Shown piece after piece: positions 11,114 through 23,811 of a stretch of 64,000 bases of DNA. A program made the translations under genes and the position numbers. The stretch comes from Octopus bimaculoides (lineage: Eukaryota). Location of the stretch: assembly GCF_001194135.2 (NCBI RefSeq), contig NC_069007.1:11364299-11428298 (forward strand). The letters run 5' to 3'. A model generated the notes under the pieces. That model saw only the letters and a program-made list of their open reading frames with translations, made no database searches and was not told where the DNA came from. Each line of letters opens with the position of its first letter. The first letter of the stretch is position 1.

Positions 11114-13020
11114 GATGATGTCAATACTAAAAGTTTAAGATGTGCTTCAAGAACTGGCATCTGTCACATGACTCAATTAGTAAATTACTTAGGCGTTTGC
11201 ATTGATGAAACCCAATACAATCCTTGCAGAGTTTCTCAAACCAGCGTATATCCTCAAGAGTGGACGCAGCAGGAGACTGGTGTTGCTGCTTTGTAGATTT
11301 GGGTTTGTGTTGACAAGATTTTGTTTGAAACTCTTGGTAGATTGAAGAAACAGTGTGACTATCTTGTGGTAGATTGGTGATATATAAATGACACACTTTG
11401 CTTTGTTTGTTTTTGTAGTCTTAACAATGAATATGATATCAGGGGGGAAAAAGAAACTAACAAAATGTACAGATGATGAGAAGGTTAAGTTTGTCTGTTG
11501 ATGGAATCGAATTGAAAACCAATGTTTATTATTTTTAAACATTAAACGTTTGGCAAATAGGAAATTCCTTTCAGGTATTTTTGTTTGTATGAGAAAGGTT
11601 GAATGAATGAAAAGTATGGAATAAAGTGTTGAGGGGTTTAAGAAAAGAACAGGTGTTTATTAAAATCCAGCTTTACAAATAATGTTAAGAAGCAGCAGGA
11701 ATGTAACTCCACGGGGAATTAACGTCTCTGCTTCTTCCTTTTGACGAAATTCTAAATGTATTTTTGAAAGACAATAATTGTTTAGAGTGGTTGATGAAGA
11801 AAAGTTATTCATGAAAAATAGTGATGTGCATGCCTTGCTACTAGAAGTGTTGTATGCGATTTTGTGATAAATTTTGGGGGACAATGTTCATGAAGACACT
11901 TGGAAAATCATACAAAAAGAAGTATTGAATTTCTTAAATGAATAAAATGGAAAGGAATTGGGTGGGGACAGGAAAATGAAGAGAAGGTGGTGGGGCAGGG
12001 AAGATTTGAAACAAGTGGGGAAACTTCCAGTAGTTCACATCTACAAGCTGATTTCTTTTTACGAAATGATAAAGAGTGTTTACAGCAAGATTTTGAAGGA
12101 TTTAATAATTTAATCATATTTGTTTTGGGAAGTTTTGACTGGTGACTGTTGCTGCTGCCACCTACAGTTGCTTTTGGAGTAAAAGAGGGAGAGAGAGAGA
12201 GAGAGTTTACTGAGAGATAGAAGAGGGGGTGAAGATTCCCTTTAAGGGGAGAAAACCACTTTAGGGTTTATAAAATATTTTGTTTTTTAATTATTATGAG
12301 AGGCCTTTTTTTCTTATTCCTATGAGTGAGAGAGCATATTAAATAATATTTCCATATAATCCAATTTATTTATATTCTTTAGCTGTCCTAGCAGTTGTTC
12401 ATAGCACCATTTCACCCTTATGAGCTCCTTGGTACACCACAACTTGAGATCATTAAATTACTTAGTCTAACCTGTAGGAATTGTATATGATCAATTTTCT
12501 TCTCTTCAAATTCATTTTATTATCAATAAACTATAACTTTTAGGCATAATGAACCTTTTGGTTAAAATTGATAAAATATTTATGAGTTGAAGTTTTAAAA
12601 CTACTGTATATTATATCAGATTTTAATTGATAATTTATCATCTGTAACGATCAAACAGTATTCATTTGAAGAGATATACCAAAATGTACAAGAATAACAT
12701 CAGCATGTCTGTAGTCTATACAGAAATGTAATGATTTATCTCTAAATTGGCATTATTACCATAATATATGGAATTGGTCAGAGTTTCCTGAGGTCAGAAC
12801 ATTGATTTATATTGCCGTGATTTTCATGTTGTGCTATCATGAAATTGTGCAGAAGACATGCAAACTGTAATTGTCTGATTGGTCACAGTGGTTCTGGTCA
12901 GTAGCATTCCGGTCACTGTTTACAGTTGGTGTATCAGCTGGTTGAAACTGCTCATGGTTTTATGTTTATATATGTGTGTGTGTATGTACACACATGCATA
13001 ATAATAATTATTATTTATAA

Positions 13021-13060
<40 letters not shown>

Positions 13061-13062
<2 letters not shown>

Positions 13063-13285
13063 GGCGGTGAAGGCGGCGAGCTGGCAGAATTGTGAGCACA
13101 CTGGATGAAATACTTAGTGGTATTCCATCTGCTGCTACGTTCTGAGTTCAAATTTCGCTGAGGTCGACTTTGCCTTTCATCCTTTTGGGGTTGATAAATT
13201 AAGTACCAGTTATGTACTGGGGCTGATCTAATCGACTGGACCCCTCCCCCCAAATTTCAGTCTTTGTGCTTGTAATAGAAAGGAT
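13061..13285 (+). mobile_element. SINE family A
   Basis: ggcgagctggcagaat..gagttcaaatt..gaggtcgactttgcctttcatcc..aagtaccag; (ATT)n on both sides. Confidence 0.88.
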
Positions 13286-13650
13286 TATTATTATTATTAT
13301 TTTATTGTCTTTGCACAGCGTCTAACGCTTGAGATGTACTACAGTGCCAGCTGTTCACTATCAGTGAACTAAGGTAACACCCCTTATTTTTCAAACACCA
13401 TCTAGAGTATTCGAGCGGTTCCAAGCAGTTCTGTTTTCTGCAAGTGCTCCACCCTTATTGCAGCCCCTCTTTATTCCATGTACTTCTCAAGATTTCTACT
13501 CACTGTTCCCAGGGTTCCGACAATTACTTGTATTACTAATACCACCTTTTACAGTGACCACAACTGCTTAACTACCCATTATTTTCATTATCGTCTTCTT
13601 TCAATTCTGTTTCCATATTTTGCCGACTGTCTTCCTGATACCTAGGGCAA
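13284..13650 (-). mobile_element. Second R4/Dong-type LINE 3' fragment (different family, degenerate)
   Basis: Minus strand reads VIVGTLGTVSRNLEKYME*RGAAIRVEHLQKTELLGTARIL*MVFEK*, followed by a short UTR and (TAA)n. Confidence 0.85.
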
Positions 13651-13881
13651 AGAGGTGCACTGTATCCATTGGTAGGCCATTAAAATAAACACACCAGACT
13701 GTCCATTTACAAAGTGATGGGATAGAGAAAAAGGGGGAAGAAAGACAGAGAGAAAAAATAAAAAATAAATGTAGAATAAAGAAGAAAAAACGGAAAGAAA
13801 ATTCATAGCAACAATGCTCTTCTTAATATGTGTGATGTACCAGTTCAGACAATCTTTTGCACTTGCTGTATTGATGGTTAC

Positions 13882-14730
13882 TATTATTATTATTATTTTA
13901 TGTTTGATTTTTGCTTTGTATTTGTACAAGTTGGCTCCAAGTCTCACCCAGAGACCTCAAGAGACAACAAGTTAGAAGTTCATGTTGGTGTTATGCCTAG
14001 GGTGCCATATATTTGGCTTTGTACATAGTGTTGTTCTAGAGAATGTTTAAGAAACCATAAGAAAATTGTGTTTGTTTTAAAATTTGAGATTACATAGATA
14101 ATATGTTATGTAAGATATGGACAGTTCCCATGAGCACTATCTTTTGAATTTCTGCCATTTTGGGGTTTCCTGGTATCTGAGCTAGGTAGCAATCAGCCCC
14201 TTTTGCTATCATTCCTAGGGCACCTATGACAACAGGTATTGTTTTAGTCTTCAGGTTCCACATTTTGCTAATTTCTATTTCAAGATCTTTATACTTGCTC
14301 AGTTTTTGGTAAGTCTTGACAGGTACATTTATATCGATTGGGACAGTCATATCAATGAGGAGGCATGATTTTTGTCTGAAGTCTTTCAACATAATGTCTG
14401 GCCTATTTGCATTTATCTTTCTATCAGTTTGAATGGTGAAGTTCCAGAGGAGTGAGACGTGATCATTTTCAAGCACTGGAGGTGGTGTGTGTTCCCACCA
14501 GTTTTTATCATGGGGCAAGTCCAGGTTTTTGAAAACTACCCAGTGAATATATTGTGCAGCTCTATCATGCCTGTTGAGATACTCTGTAGGTGCAAGAAGA
14601 CTGCATATAGAGACAACATGATCAATGGTTTCATTTTGTTGTTGACATACATGACATGTTGGGAAGTTGCTGTTCTTTAATATGTTGGCCTGGTAGTTCC
14701 TTGTAGGTAGGCATTGATCTTGGGCTGCTA
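13882..14730 (-). mobile_element. R4/Dong-clade non-LTR retrotransposon, 5'-truncated 3' end (zinc knuckle + restriction-like endonuclease)
   Basis: Open frame 14730-14090: GFIIAAQDQCLPTRNY..CHVCQQQNETIDHVVSIC..RHDRAAQYIHW..NRPDIMLKD..LIDMTVP..KLSKYKDL..PVVIGALG. It has CCHC, RHD and PD..D..K motifs, a 3' UTR and a (TAA)n tail. Confidence 0.92.
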
Positions 14731-14740
14731 TGATAAACCC

Positions 14741-14792
<52 letters not shown>

Positions 14793-14825
14793 ATTATTAT
14801 TACTATTATTATTATTATTATTAAT
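14731..14825. repeat. (ATT)n microsatellite
   Basis: Directly visible. Confidence 0.95.
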
Positions 14826-15227
14826 ATTATCTTTATGTCACAAGTAATCTAGATATTTCATAATTTCTTTGGTCTGTGAGTCATATGTTGAGGTTGATAA
14901 GAAAATTTTATCATAGATACCATTTCATTTCTGATACACACACACACACTGATAGTTCACACTTTTGTTAAGTTTTATTGATTTTTCATTTTATTTTCGA
15001 CCTCATCATATCACTTCTTCACATGTCTTTTTGAAGTGATTTTGTTTATTGTGTGTTGCTAAGTGTTGTGAAGCACTTTACTCTGTGTGTATGTGTGTAT
15101 ATTTGGATTCATGTATGAGTATGTGTGTGTATAGTTGTGCTTTGTCATAACAAGCAATCGTGTGTGTGTGTGTGTGCCTTGTTTTTCATGTTGGCAAGTG
15201 AAGGTATGGTAACAGAGAGATAGGTAG

Positions 15228-15633
15228 TAGGGACGTGCCACCTGGGTAGGCAAGGCAGACAGTGCCTACCCTGAATGAAATAGATTGATAGTAACATTTT
15301 CCTTTTATGGCAAAATAAACACCTAATTCAATAAAATTATGAAGGTTACTCTGATTACTATGCACAAAATGCAAAATATTTTATTTTTTTGTAGATCAGG
15401 TAAGCATAATTCACCCCTGCTTTTCAGTCCCAGTATTAAAACTACGCATAGAACTGCTGTGGTGCACATGCTGCGTACATTCCTACAACAACATTTTTTT
15501 TACACGCTGTAAAGGCAGAAGTAATTCTGCCTTCAACTCAGTCGCATGCCTGTGTTTTGCTTATTTTTTTGTGTTTTACTACATAAACATCACCAGCTGC
15601 CTACCTTGAGTAATTACTGATAGCACTTGCCTG
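15228..15633. mobile_element. hAT-type non-autonomous element
   Basis: 8-bp TSD ataggtag (15220-27 and 15634-41); imperfect 11-bp TIR tagggacgtgc/gcacttgcctg; subterminal gcctacc repeats. Confidence 0.8.
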
Positions 15634-16334
15634 ATAGGTAGAGAGGTAGAGCGAAAGAGAGAGAGAGAGACAGAGAAGATATAAAGAATTCCTGATTAAA
15701 CAGAAAATGTGAAACAGAAACATTTTTCAANNNNNNNNNNGCACTTGCCTGATAGGTAGAGAGGTAGAGCGAAAGAGAGAGAGAGAGACAGAGAAGATAT
15801 AAAGAATTCCTGATTAAACAGAAAATGTGAAACAGAAACATTTTTCAAATAAAATTCAAAAAATCAATAAAGACTGAAAGAGAAATATGAAATATCAGTG
15901 GTACCATGAATAAGGAGGTACTAGGGGAGTACCTCCCTGCTTTATGAATTAGCAGTTTTTTATCTTTCTATCTTTCACGTGTTTCAGCCATTTGACTGCA
16001 GCCATTCTGGGGCATCACCTTGAAGAATTTTTAATCAAATGAATCAGCCCCATTACTTTTTTTGATCTTAAATCATTAAGTGGTGTTTGTGTTGAAAGAA
16101 CTCAGGATGAAATATTAATTGGGTGAGTGTTGGGGACAAAAGGACATCTGGCCATTGCAAATCTGCCTCAACAAATTCCATCTGACCCTTGTAAGTAGAG
16201 AAGAGTTTATACCTATATAGGTGTGATCTACCTGTCTCTCTACCTGTGTGTGTGTCTCTCTCTCTCTCATCAAATATAATGCAGATATTGGCCAACCTAT
16301 TAGGCAATCTTTGCCATCCCCTCCGAGCCACTGT

Positions 16335-17790
16335 ATACATACAAACCTGTTCTCATACCCATGCATACACATATACATATGTTTACACACATACACATAC
16401 ATGCACACACACATACATGTGCACACATATATAAACACATATGCACATGTACTTACATATACATACATATACATGTACAGACATATCTATGTTTGCACAT
16501 ATATGTACACACACACATTGACTTACATGTACACACATATACATACATGCACACACACATATCCAGAGATGTGCACACATATAAATACACACACACATAT
16601 GTACATGTACACAAATATACATATATGCACTCACACACACACACACATATATATATATACATGCATGTGCACACATATACATTTATATATGGACATATAC
16701 CTACATGTGCACACACATACATGTACAGATATATACCTACATATTTGCACATACATGTATGCAAATACATACACGCACATATACACGCATATACACACAT
16801 ACATACATGCACATACACATACACACATATATATATATGCTTACNNNNNNNNNNNNNNNNNNNNNNNNNNNNNNNNNNNNNNNNNNNNNNNNNNNNNNNN
16901 NNNNNNNNNNNNNNNNNNNNNNNNNNNNNNNNNNNNNNNNNNNNNNNNNNNNNNNNNNNNNNNNNNNNNNNNNNNNNNNNNNNNNNNNNNNNNNNNNNNN
17001 NNNNNNNNNNNNNNNNNNNNNNNNNNNNNNNNNNNNNNNNNNNNNNNNNNNNNNNNNNNNNNNNNNNNNNNNNNNNNNNNNNNNNNNNNNNNNNNNNNNN
17101 NNNNNNNNNNNNNNNNNNNNNNNNNNNNNNNNNNNNNNNNNNNNNNNNNNNNNNNNNNNNNNNNNNNNNNNNNNNNNNNNNNNNNNNNNNNNNNNNNNNN
17201 NNNNNNNNNNNNNNNNNNNNNNNNNNNNNNNNNNNNNNNNNNNNNNNNNNNNNNNNNNNNNNNNNNNNNNNNNNNNNNNNNNNNNNNNNNNNNNNNNNNN
17301 NNNNNNNNNNNNNNNNNNNNNNNNNNNNNNNNNNNNNNNNNNNNNNNNNNNNNNNNNNNNNNNNNNNNNNNNNNNNNNNNNNNNNNNNNNNNNNNNNNNN
17401 NNNNNNNNNNNNNNNNNNNNNNNNNNNNNNNNNNNNNNNNNNNNNNNNNNNNNNNNNNNNNNNNNNNNNNNNNNNNNNNNNNNNNNNNNNNNNNNNNNNN
17501 NNNNNNNNNNNNNNNNNNNNNNNNNNNNNNNNNNNNNNNNNNNNNNNNNNNNNNNNNNNNNNNNNNNNNNNNNNNNNNNNNNNNNNNNNNNNNNNNNNNN
17601 NNNNNNNNNNNNNNNNNNNNNNNNNNNNNNNNNNNNNNNNNNNNNNNNNNNNNNNNNNNNNNNNNNNNNNNNNNNNNNNNNNNNNNNNNNNNNNNNNNNN
17701 NNNNNNNNNNNNNNNNNNNNNNNNNNNNNNNNNNNNNNNNNNNNNNNNNNNNNNNNNNNNNNNNNNNNNNNNNNNNNNNNNNNTATATAT

Positions 17791-17824
<34 letters not shown>

Positions 17825-18418
17825 TCTTGTTTAGAGGAAGATAGAGCCGGGAAGAGTGAATTGGGTGATATGTTCAGACCTCAAAGAAAACTAGAGCCGT
17901 CATGTGTTTTGTCATCATCATCATCGTCGTTGTCGTCGCCACCACTGTCATCATAGCTACCACCATCGCCAACGTCACCGCCAACACCATTATTACTGTA
18001 GCCATCATCATCATCATCATTGCAAGCATCTTCGTGTTTGTAAGTGTAGACCTATAAACACAGAAAAATGTCACTCTGTGGAAGAGATCAAATAATTGAT
18101 AGGATATTTTAGTAGAACAAATATCACTTTTTCTCTAAATATAAATAGTTCCGTGTGTGTGTGTGTGTGTGTGTAAATATGTATGTATCTATGTCTAAGT
18201 ATTTATCACTCACACATGTATGCATATTTGTTTGTGTAAGGGTATTTATATCTTTGCAGGTATTGTGTATATTGTGTATTGTATATAGACATATGTATAT
18301 ATCTATATATTTGTATGTCTGTATATATAAATATATTTATATGCATACATATATGTATATGTAAGTATATCTATATGCATGTATATATGTATATGTAAGT
18401 ATATATATGTGTGTGTAA

Positions 18419-18479
<61 letters not shown>

Positions 18480-18920
18480 AGTATATACTTATATATATGT
18501 CAGTACATATATTTACTTATATACTTATATGTATTCATTTATATATATGTAAATGTGTATATATATATATATATATGTATGTGTATATATATAAATATAC
18601 ACACTATCTATATAGTGTATCATTGTATGTATATGTGTGTGTGTGTATGTGTGTATATATATATACATATATATAAGTGTGTGTGTGCATGCACACATAA
18701 TTAAATGTTGTGAATGTATGCCTGTATAACTCGACATCTCACATATAAGTAAATGTATGTAAATGTGTGTGAATATATTTATAAATTATACATATATACA
18801 TCCACATATAAATGTACGGAAATGTAAATATTTGAACATGTGTATGCATTGCATGCATGTGTGTGTGTGCATGCACGCATGCGTTTTTGTGTGTGTGTGT
18901 GTGTGTGTGTGTGCATGCAT
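16335..18920. repeat. (CA/TA)n, (CAT/CAC)n and (TG/TA)n low-complexity block with a gap
   Basis: Directly visible; N run at 16845-17783. Confidence 0.9.
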
Positions 18921-20255
18921 GTCAAGTGTAGCTGCAATAGCTAATGTGGTGAGCTGCAAATAATATTTTTCATCAGAAGAAAATGAATCACTGATGAGGC
19001 AATTTAAAATAATGACATTGGTAACTATATCAAGGGTGTATTTTGCATGGAGACTGAATGGTTAGGTTATAGTTTCTCTTGATTAAAAATTATCTTCCAT
19101 TTATCACATTATGATAACTTGCTCTTAACTATAAATTCTTCATGCAGATAGCACCTTTGAGAAAGTTTGCAGTGTTGTTATTTTAATTTGTTGACTCAAT
19201 TAATTATTTTTGTACCAAAGCTATATAATTTTTCAATGGAGAAGGCCATTTCTCGGTTCTGCTTTTCTAAGGAAAAATATTTAATTTCAATAGTTTTCAT
19301 TGGAATATTGTTCTTCTATGTGTTCTTTCTCCATTTAAGACTTGGCATCAGTAGATTGCCCAACCCACATCTGCCGTGCAGTTTTTGAGGGAAGGTCACA
19401 ATTCTGTGGTTAGAATTTGAGTTGCAATATAAGATGGTTACACATTCATTGTTTCTTTTTGTTTGTAAGAGAAACAAATAGCTCATTGGCAATCTATTTC
19501 TTTCATTAGAAAAATAAATGAAGTCCCCCGAGTAATTATTATTTATTTATTTAATTCAGTTGTTTTTCCTCATTTCAAATCTGAAGTCTGTAAATACTTA
19601 GACAGAAGATGCTATTTCAGTTGTCGTTAAATCGTTTCAGCACTAAGTAATTAAGGGTTTATTAATTATATTATATACATTTAAAGTAAAAACATTTCGG
19701 AAGTGGGTGAGAGAGAGCGATAGAGACTTACAAGTTGATAGGAGTCTACAGAGAATATTTTGTGGAAGTCTTTAACCAAGAGAAAGTCATTTTAGTTCTT
19801 AATTCTTTTGTTGTGGAGAAAAATAGGTAAATTTAAATCAATTTACTGATATAGAGGTTTGTTGAAACATTTCCAATTTATTTTCTCTGCTGGAGTAATC
19901 ATATTTATTTTGCAGTCTCTCTCGATTACCATGTTGTAAGATGAACATATGTAATTCTCACCACTTAGCATGGTGCCAGTGAGACCAAAACATGCCTGTA
20001 GTTGTCACATGTGTTACCAAATCTGATATTCACAGCATATGTTCTTTCAATATCTCCATTTAATCTTTGGTCAGAGTTCTCTCCATTGCCTCTTCAATAC
20101 TTAAATGATCTCTCCTCATTCCAATTATAATTTAAATTTATTAAACATTTATTGTCTCTTCACCATGTTAAGTCAAATCGCCTTCACTTAGCTGTATGTT
20201 GTTCATGCAGAGGGTAAAGAGTAAAGACCCTTCTTCAGTCATGAATGACTATGAG

Positions 20256-20885
20256 ATTGCACCTAGAAAGTTCCCCTCTGAGGCACAAATCCAGACAACA
20301 TTGTTTATGGAAAATCAACCATCGCCCATACATACCAGCCTCCACTCTCTACACCACCAATGTTATCCTAGGGAAAAGGCAAAGGCCAGTACAGCTTGGC
20401 ACCAGTGACATTGCAACTCATTTCTACAGATGAGTGAAATGAAGCAATGTGAAATAAAGTGTCTTGCTCAAGAACACAACACACAGCCTGGTCCAGGAAT
20501 TGAACACACAACCTCATGATTGTGAACCCGACTCTCTAACTACTGAGTCATGTGCCTCCACACACATACACACACATGACCATGGGATTGCACCTAAAAA
20601 GTTCCTCTCTGAGGCACAAATCTGGGTAAGGTTGTTTATGGAAGACCAGCAGTCACCCATGCATACCAGCCTCCCTTCTCCTTGCCACTGATGTTGTCCA
20701 AGGGAAAGGCAAAGACCGATACAGCTTGGCACCTGTGATGTCACAACTCATTTCTACAGCTGAGTGAACTGGAGCAGTGTGAAATAAAGTGTCTTGCTCA
20801 AGAACTCAACACACAGCCTGGTCCAGGAATTGAACTCCCTTCTTCATGATTATGAGCCTCACGCTGTAACCACTGAGCCAGCATA
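20256..20885 (-). mobile_element. Two tandem copies of a C-related SINE with a different tail
   Basis: 20256-20560 and 20587-20885 share gaaataaagtgtcttgctcaagaac and attgcaccta..ctctgaggcacaaat. Confidence 0.8.
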
Positions 20886-21334
20886 CAAAAGCGACAACAG
20901 TGTTTGTGCAGCTTTGTATTGCATATAAATGATGAATTTTGGGTAAGGAAGTACCAGAAGATCCATGTGGAAGGAAACAGTGAAAAAGGAAGACATGGGT
21001 AGAAGAGGTGAAAGTTTGAGTCAGGATCATGAACCTCACAAACGAGATTATAAAGGATCACAACATTTGGTAGGGGTGGTGTGTTGGAAAGAACACATCT
21101 AACCCATGAATACATGTGAAAATGATGGTGATAGTGATGATAATGATAATGGTGGTGGTGGTGGTGGTAGTGGTAATGTTGATGATGGTCATCGTGACTA
21201 TAGCATCTACTGCATATGATCTGCTGGGATTCCTGGTAGCCTTGTGCCTCCATATTTTACATTTGATACACAGCAGAGAAGACCAACTTAATGTTTTCCC
21301 CACATATTGAGCCTCACTATTTCCCAGATGACAC

Positions 21335-21920
21335 CAGAGTCTTGTCTTTCTTTCTTACAAACTAAAACTTTTGTTTTTGCATCATTTGCTTTAAGGCATT
21401 GCAATTCTATGTTTTGCTTCCAAATTTGGAATTTCTTCTCTGATTCTTCAACTCATTTACCTTCAAGAACTATGTCATCTATATACAGGTGTTCCCATGG
21501 CAAGTCATTCTTAAAGTCCCCTGTAAAACAAAAATAATGATAATGGGCCTAAAGCTGAGCCCTGATGGATACCTACATCATCATCAGCATCATCATCATT
21601 TAACGTCTGCTTTCCATGCTGGCATGGGTTGGACAGGTTGACTGAGGACTGGCAAGCCAGGAGGCTGCACCAGGCTCCAATCTGATCTGGCAAGGTTTCT
21701 GCAGCTGGATGCCCTTTGTAATGCCAACCATTCCGAGAGTGTAGTGGGTGCTTTTTACANNNNNNNNNNTGGCATTGACGATGCTCAAATGGTGCTTTTT
21801 TACATTCCACTGGCATGGGTGCCAGTCAGGTGGCACTGGCATTGACCACTCCTCACTAAATTTGTGGCTAACTCCCACCACAGTATCTCCATCCATGACC
21901 AACTCTGCTCTCCTATTCAT
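21335..21920 (-). mobile_element. Old RTE reverse transcriptase fragment interrupted by a younger RTE 3'-UTR copy (about 21578-21845)
   Basis: GVSHKFSEE [insert] VGIHQGSALGPL..LPWEHLYIDDIVL..WKQNIELQCLKANDAKTKV. Confidence 0.8.
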
Positions 21921-22309
21921 TGTTTTTTTTATGGACGTTGAACTGCATAAGGCAATATTTTATCAAACATATCACTGTCACTGTTTTGATGTCTGCTTTT
22001 CCGTGCTGGTATGGGTTGAACAGAATTTGTTGGAGTGGATGTATAATGTTGATTCTTCATATTTTGCTGGGAGTTTACAGGCCTAAGTTTGCGAAGACAT
22101 GAAAGTAGTCCTTGCATATAATATATGGTGAATTTATGGGATGTAGTCCCATAAAACTCATCAATTTAGTTAAGAATGGGAGAGACAAGTTGGTAAACTT
22201 TATACTTGTTATAAATTTTAACAATTTGTCTCCTCCACTTTTAGCAAAATTGATGGGATTTATGGAACTTCATTTCATAAATTCACCATACATTGTATAT
22301 ATATATATC

Positions 22310-23170
22310 ATCATCATCATTTAATGTCTGTTTTCCATGCTGGCATGAGTTGGATGGTTTGACAGGAGCCGACCAGTTGAAGGACTGTTCAGGCTTCATG
22401 TCTGTTTCAGCATGGTTTCTACAGCTCGATGCCCTTTCTAAAGCCAACCACTTTACAGAGTGAACTGAGTGCTTTTACACAGCCCCGGCATGGGTGCTTT
22501 TTATGTGGCACCAGCAGCTGTGAGCCCACAAAATTAGGGATGCTCGGCTGGAGAGGGTTGCAGGGGACGAGCCTGTATGCAAGGGCAACTACACTTTTAC
22601 TTAGCTTGACATGTCTTTTCATGCACAGCAAACTGCCAGGAGTCTCAGGCCCCTGTCATCCCGTCTGTGAGTCCCAACGCCTGTAGATCCTTCCTCAATA
22701 CTTTGTCCTACATATTTCTGGATCTACCCCTTCCACATGCTCCGTCTACAATTAGAGATCGGCACTTTTTGATGCAATGGTCTTCATTCATACACATTAC
22801 ATAACCATACTAGTACAGTCTTCTCTCTTGCACACTACACCTGACTCTGCGTTTCCCCAGTTTTTCTCTCAAATCGCTTACACTCTGTCATATATGCACA
22901 CTGACATTACCCATCCAACAAAGCATATTGGCTTCATTTCTTTCAAGCCTTTACATGTCCTCCTCAGTTACAGCCCCTGTCTCTGCCATGCAGCGTAGCT
23001 GTTCGTACACAAGCATCATACAGCCTGCCTTGTACTGTGAGGGAGAGGCCTATCATTACCAACAGAGGTAGTAACTCCCTGAACTTTGCCCAGCCTATTC
23101 TTATTCTAGCAGCTATGCTTTTGGAATGACCACTCCCACTACTGACTTGGTCACCTAAGTAACAGAAACT
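22310..23170 (-). mobile_element. RTE-clade LINE 3' end
   Basis: SFCYLGDQVSSG..ARIRIGWAKFRELLPLL..RLYDACVRTA..RLERNEANML..GRGRSRN, with stops and frameshifts, then a 3' UTR and (GAT)n tail. Confidence 0.9.
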
Positions 23171-23207
23171 GTATAATATGAATATATATAAATATATATA
23201 TCATCAT

Positions 23208-23244
<37 letters not shown>

Positions 23245-23599
23245 TGTGTGTGTGTGTAATATATTCATGGTGCGTAAGGCAGTTATCTATGACTGTCCTG
23301 TTCTCTCTCTGTTTGATTCTGTCGTTGTTGTTGTTGTCATTATTCTTTTTTCTGTTTATTGTGGTAGACATTCCTGTTGTTGTTCTTGTTAGGTACATGT
23401 AGTTTCTGTTGTAACATAAGACCCAATCAATTTTAATGAGCTCAAGCTGCTCTCTTTCTCTCCCTTCCTCTCTCCCTCTCTCTCTCTCTCTTTCTCACAC
23501 ATGCACACAAGAACACACATACGTGTACATGTACTTACATACATGGGCTTAGTTCATACATGTGTAGGTTAAACAAATGTGGATCTCTCACTCTCTCTC

Positions 23600-23632
<33 letters not shown>

Positions 23633-23779
23633 AGTTTACATTACATGCTGCATTTGGTGTCATTATTATGCTGTTGCAACATTGTGCATCTCTGCAGGGA
23701 AAGTTAAGATTTAATGAAGTACATGTCAAAAGTATGTACATGTACATGTGTACATGTATGGTGTGTGTGTGTATGGAGT

Positions 23780-23811
<32 letters not shown>

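Noticed and set aside
15623-15848. Perfect 108-bp tandem duplication
   Set aside because: Same 10-N gap artefact.
16248-17956. Long ORFs of 300-530 aa in the track (also near 8.3, 24, 29.5, 41.3, 47.4, 52.4 and 55.6 kb)
   Set aside because: They consist of N runs and dinucleotide repeats (YI, HT, CV).
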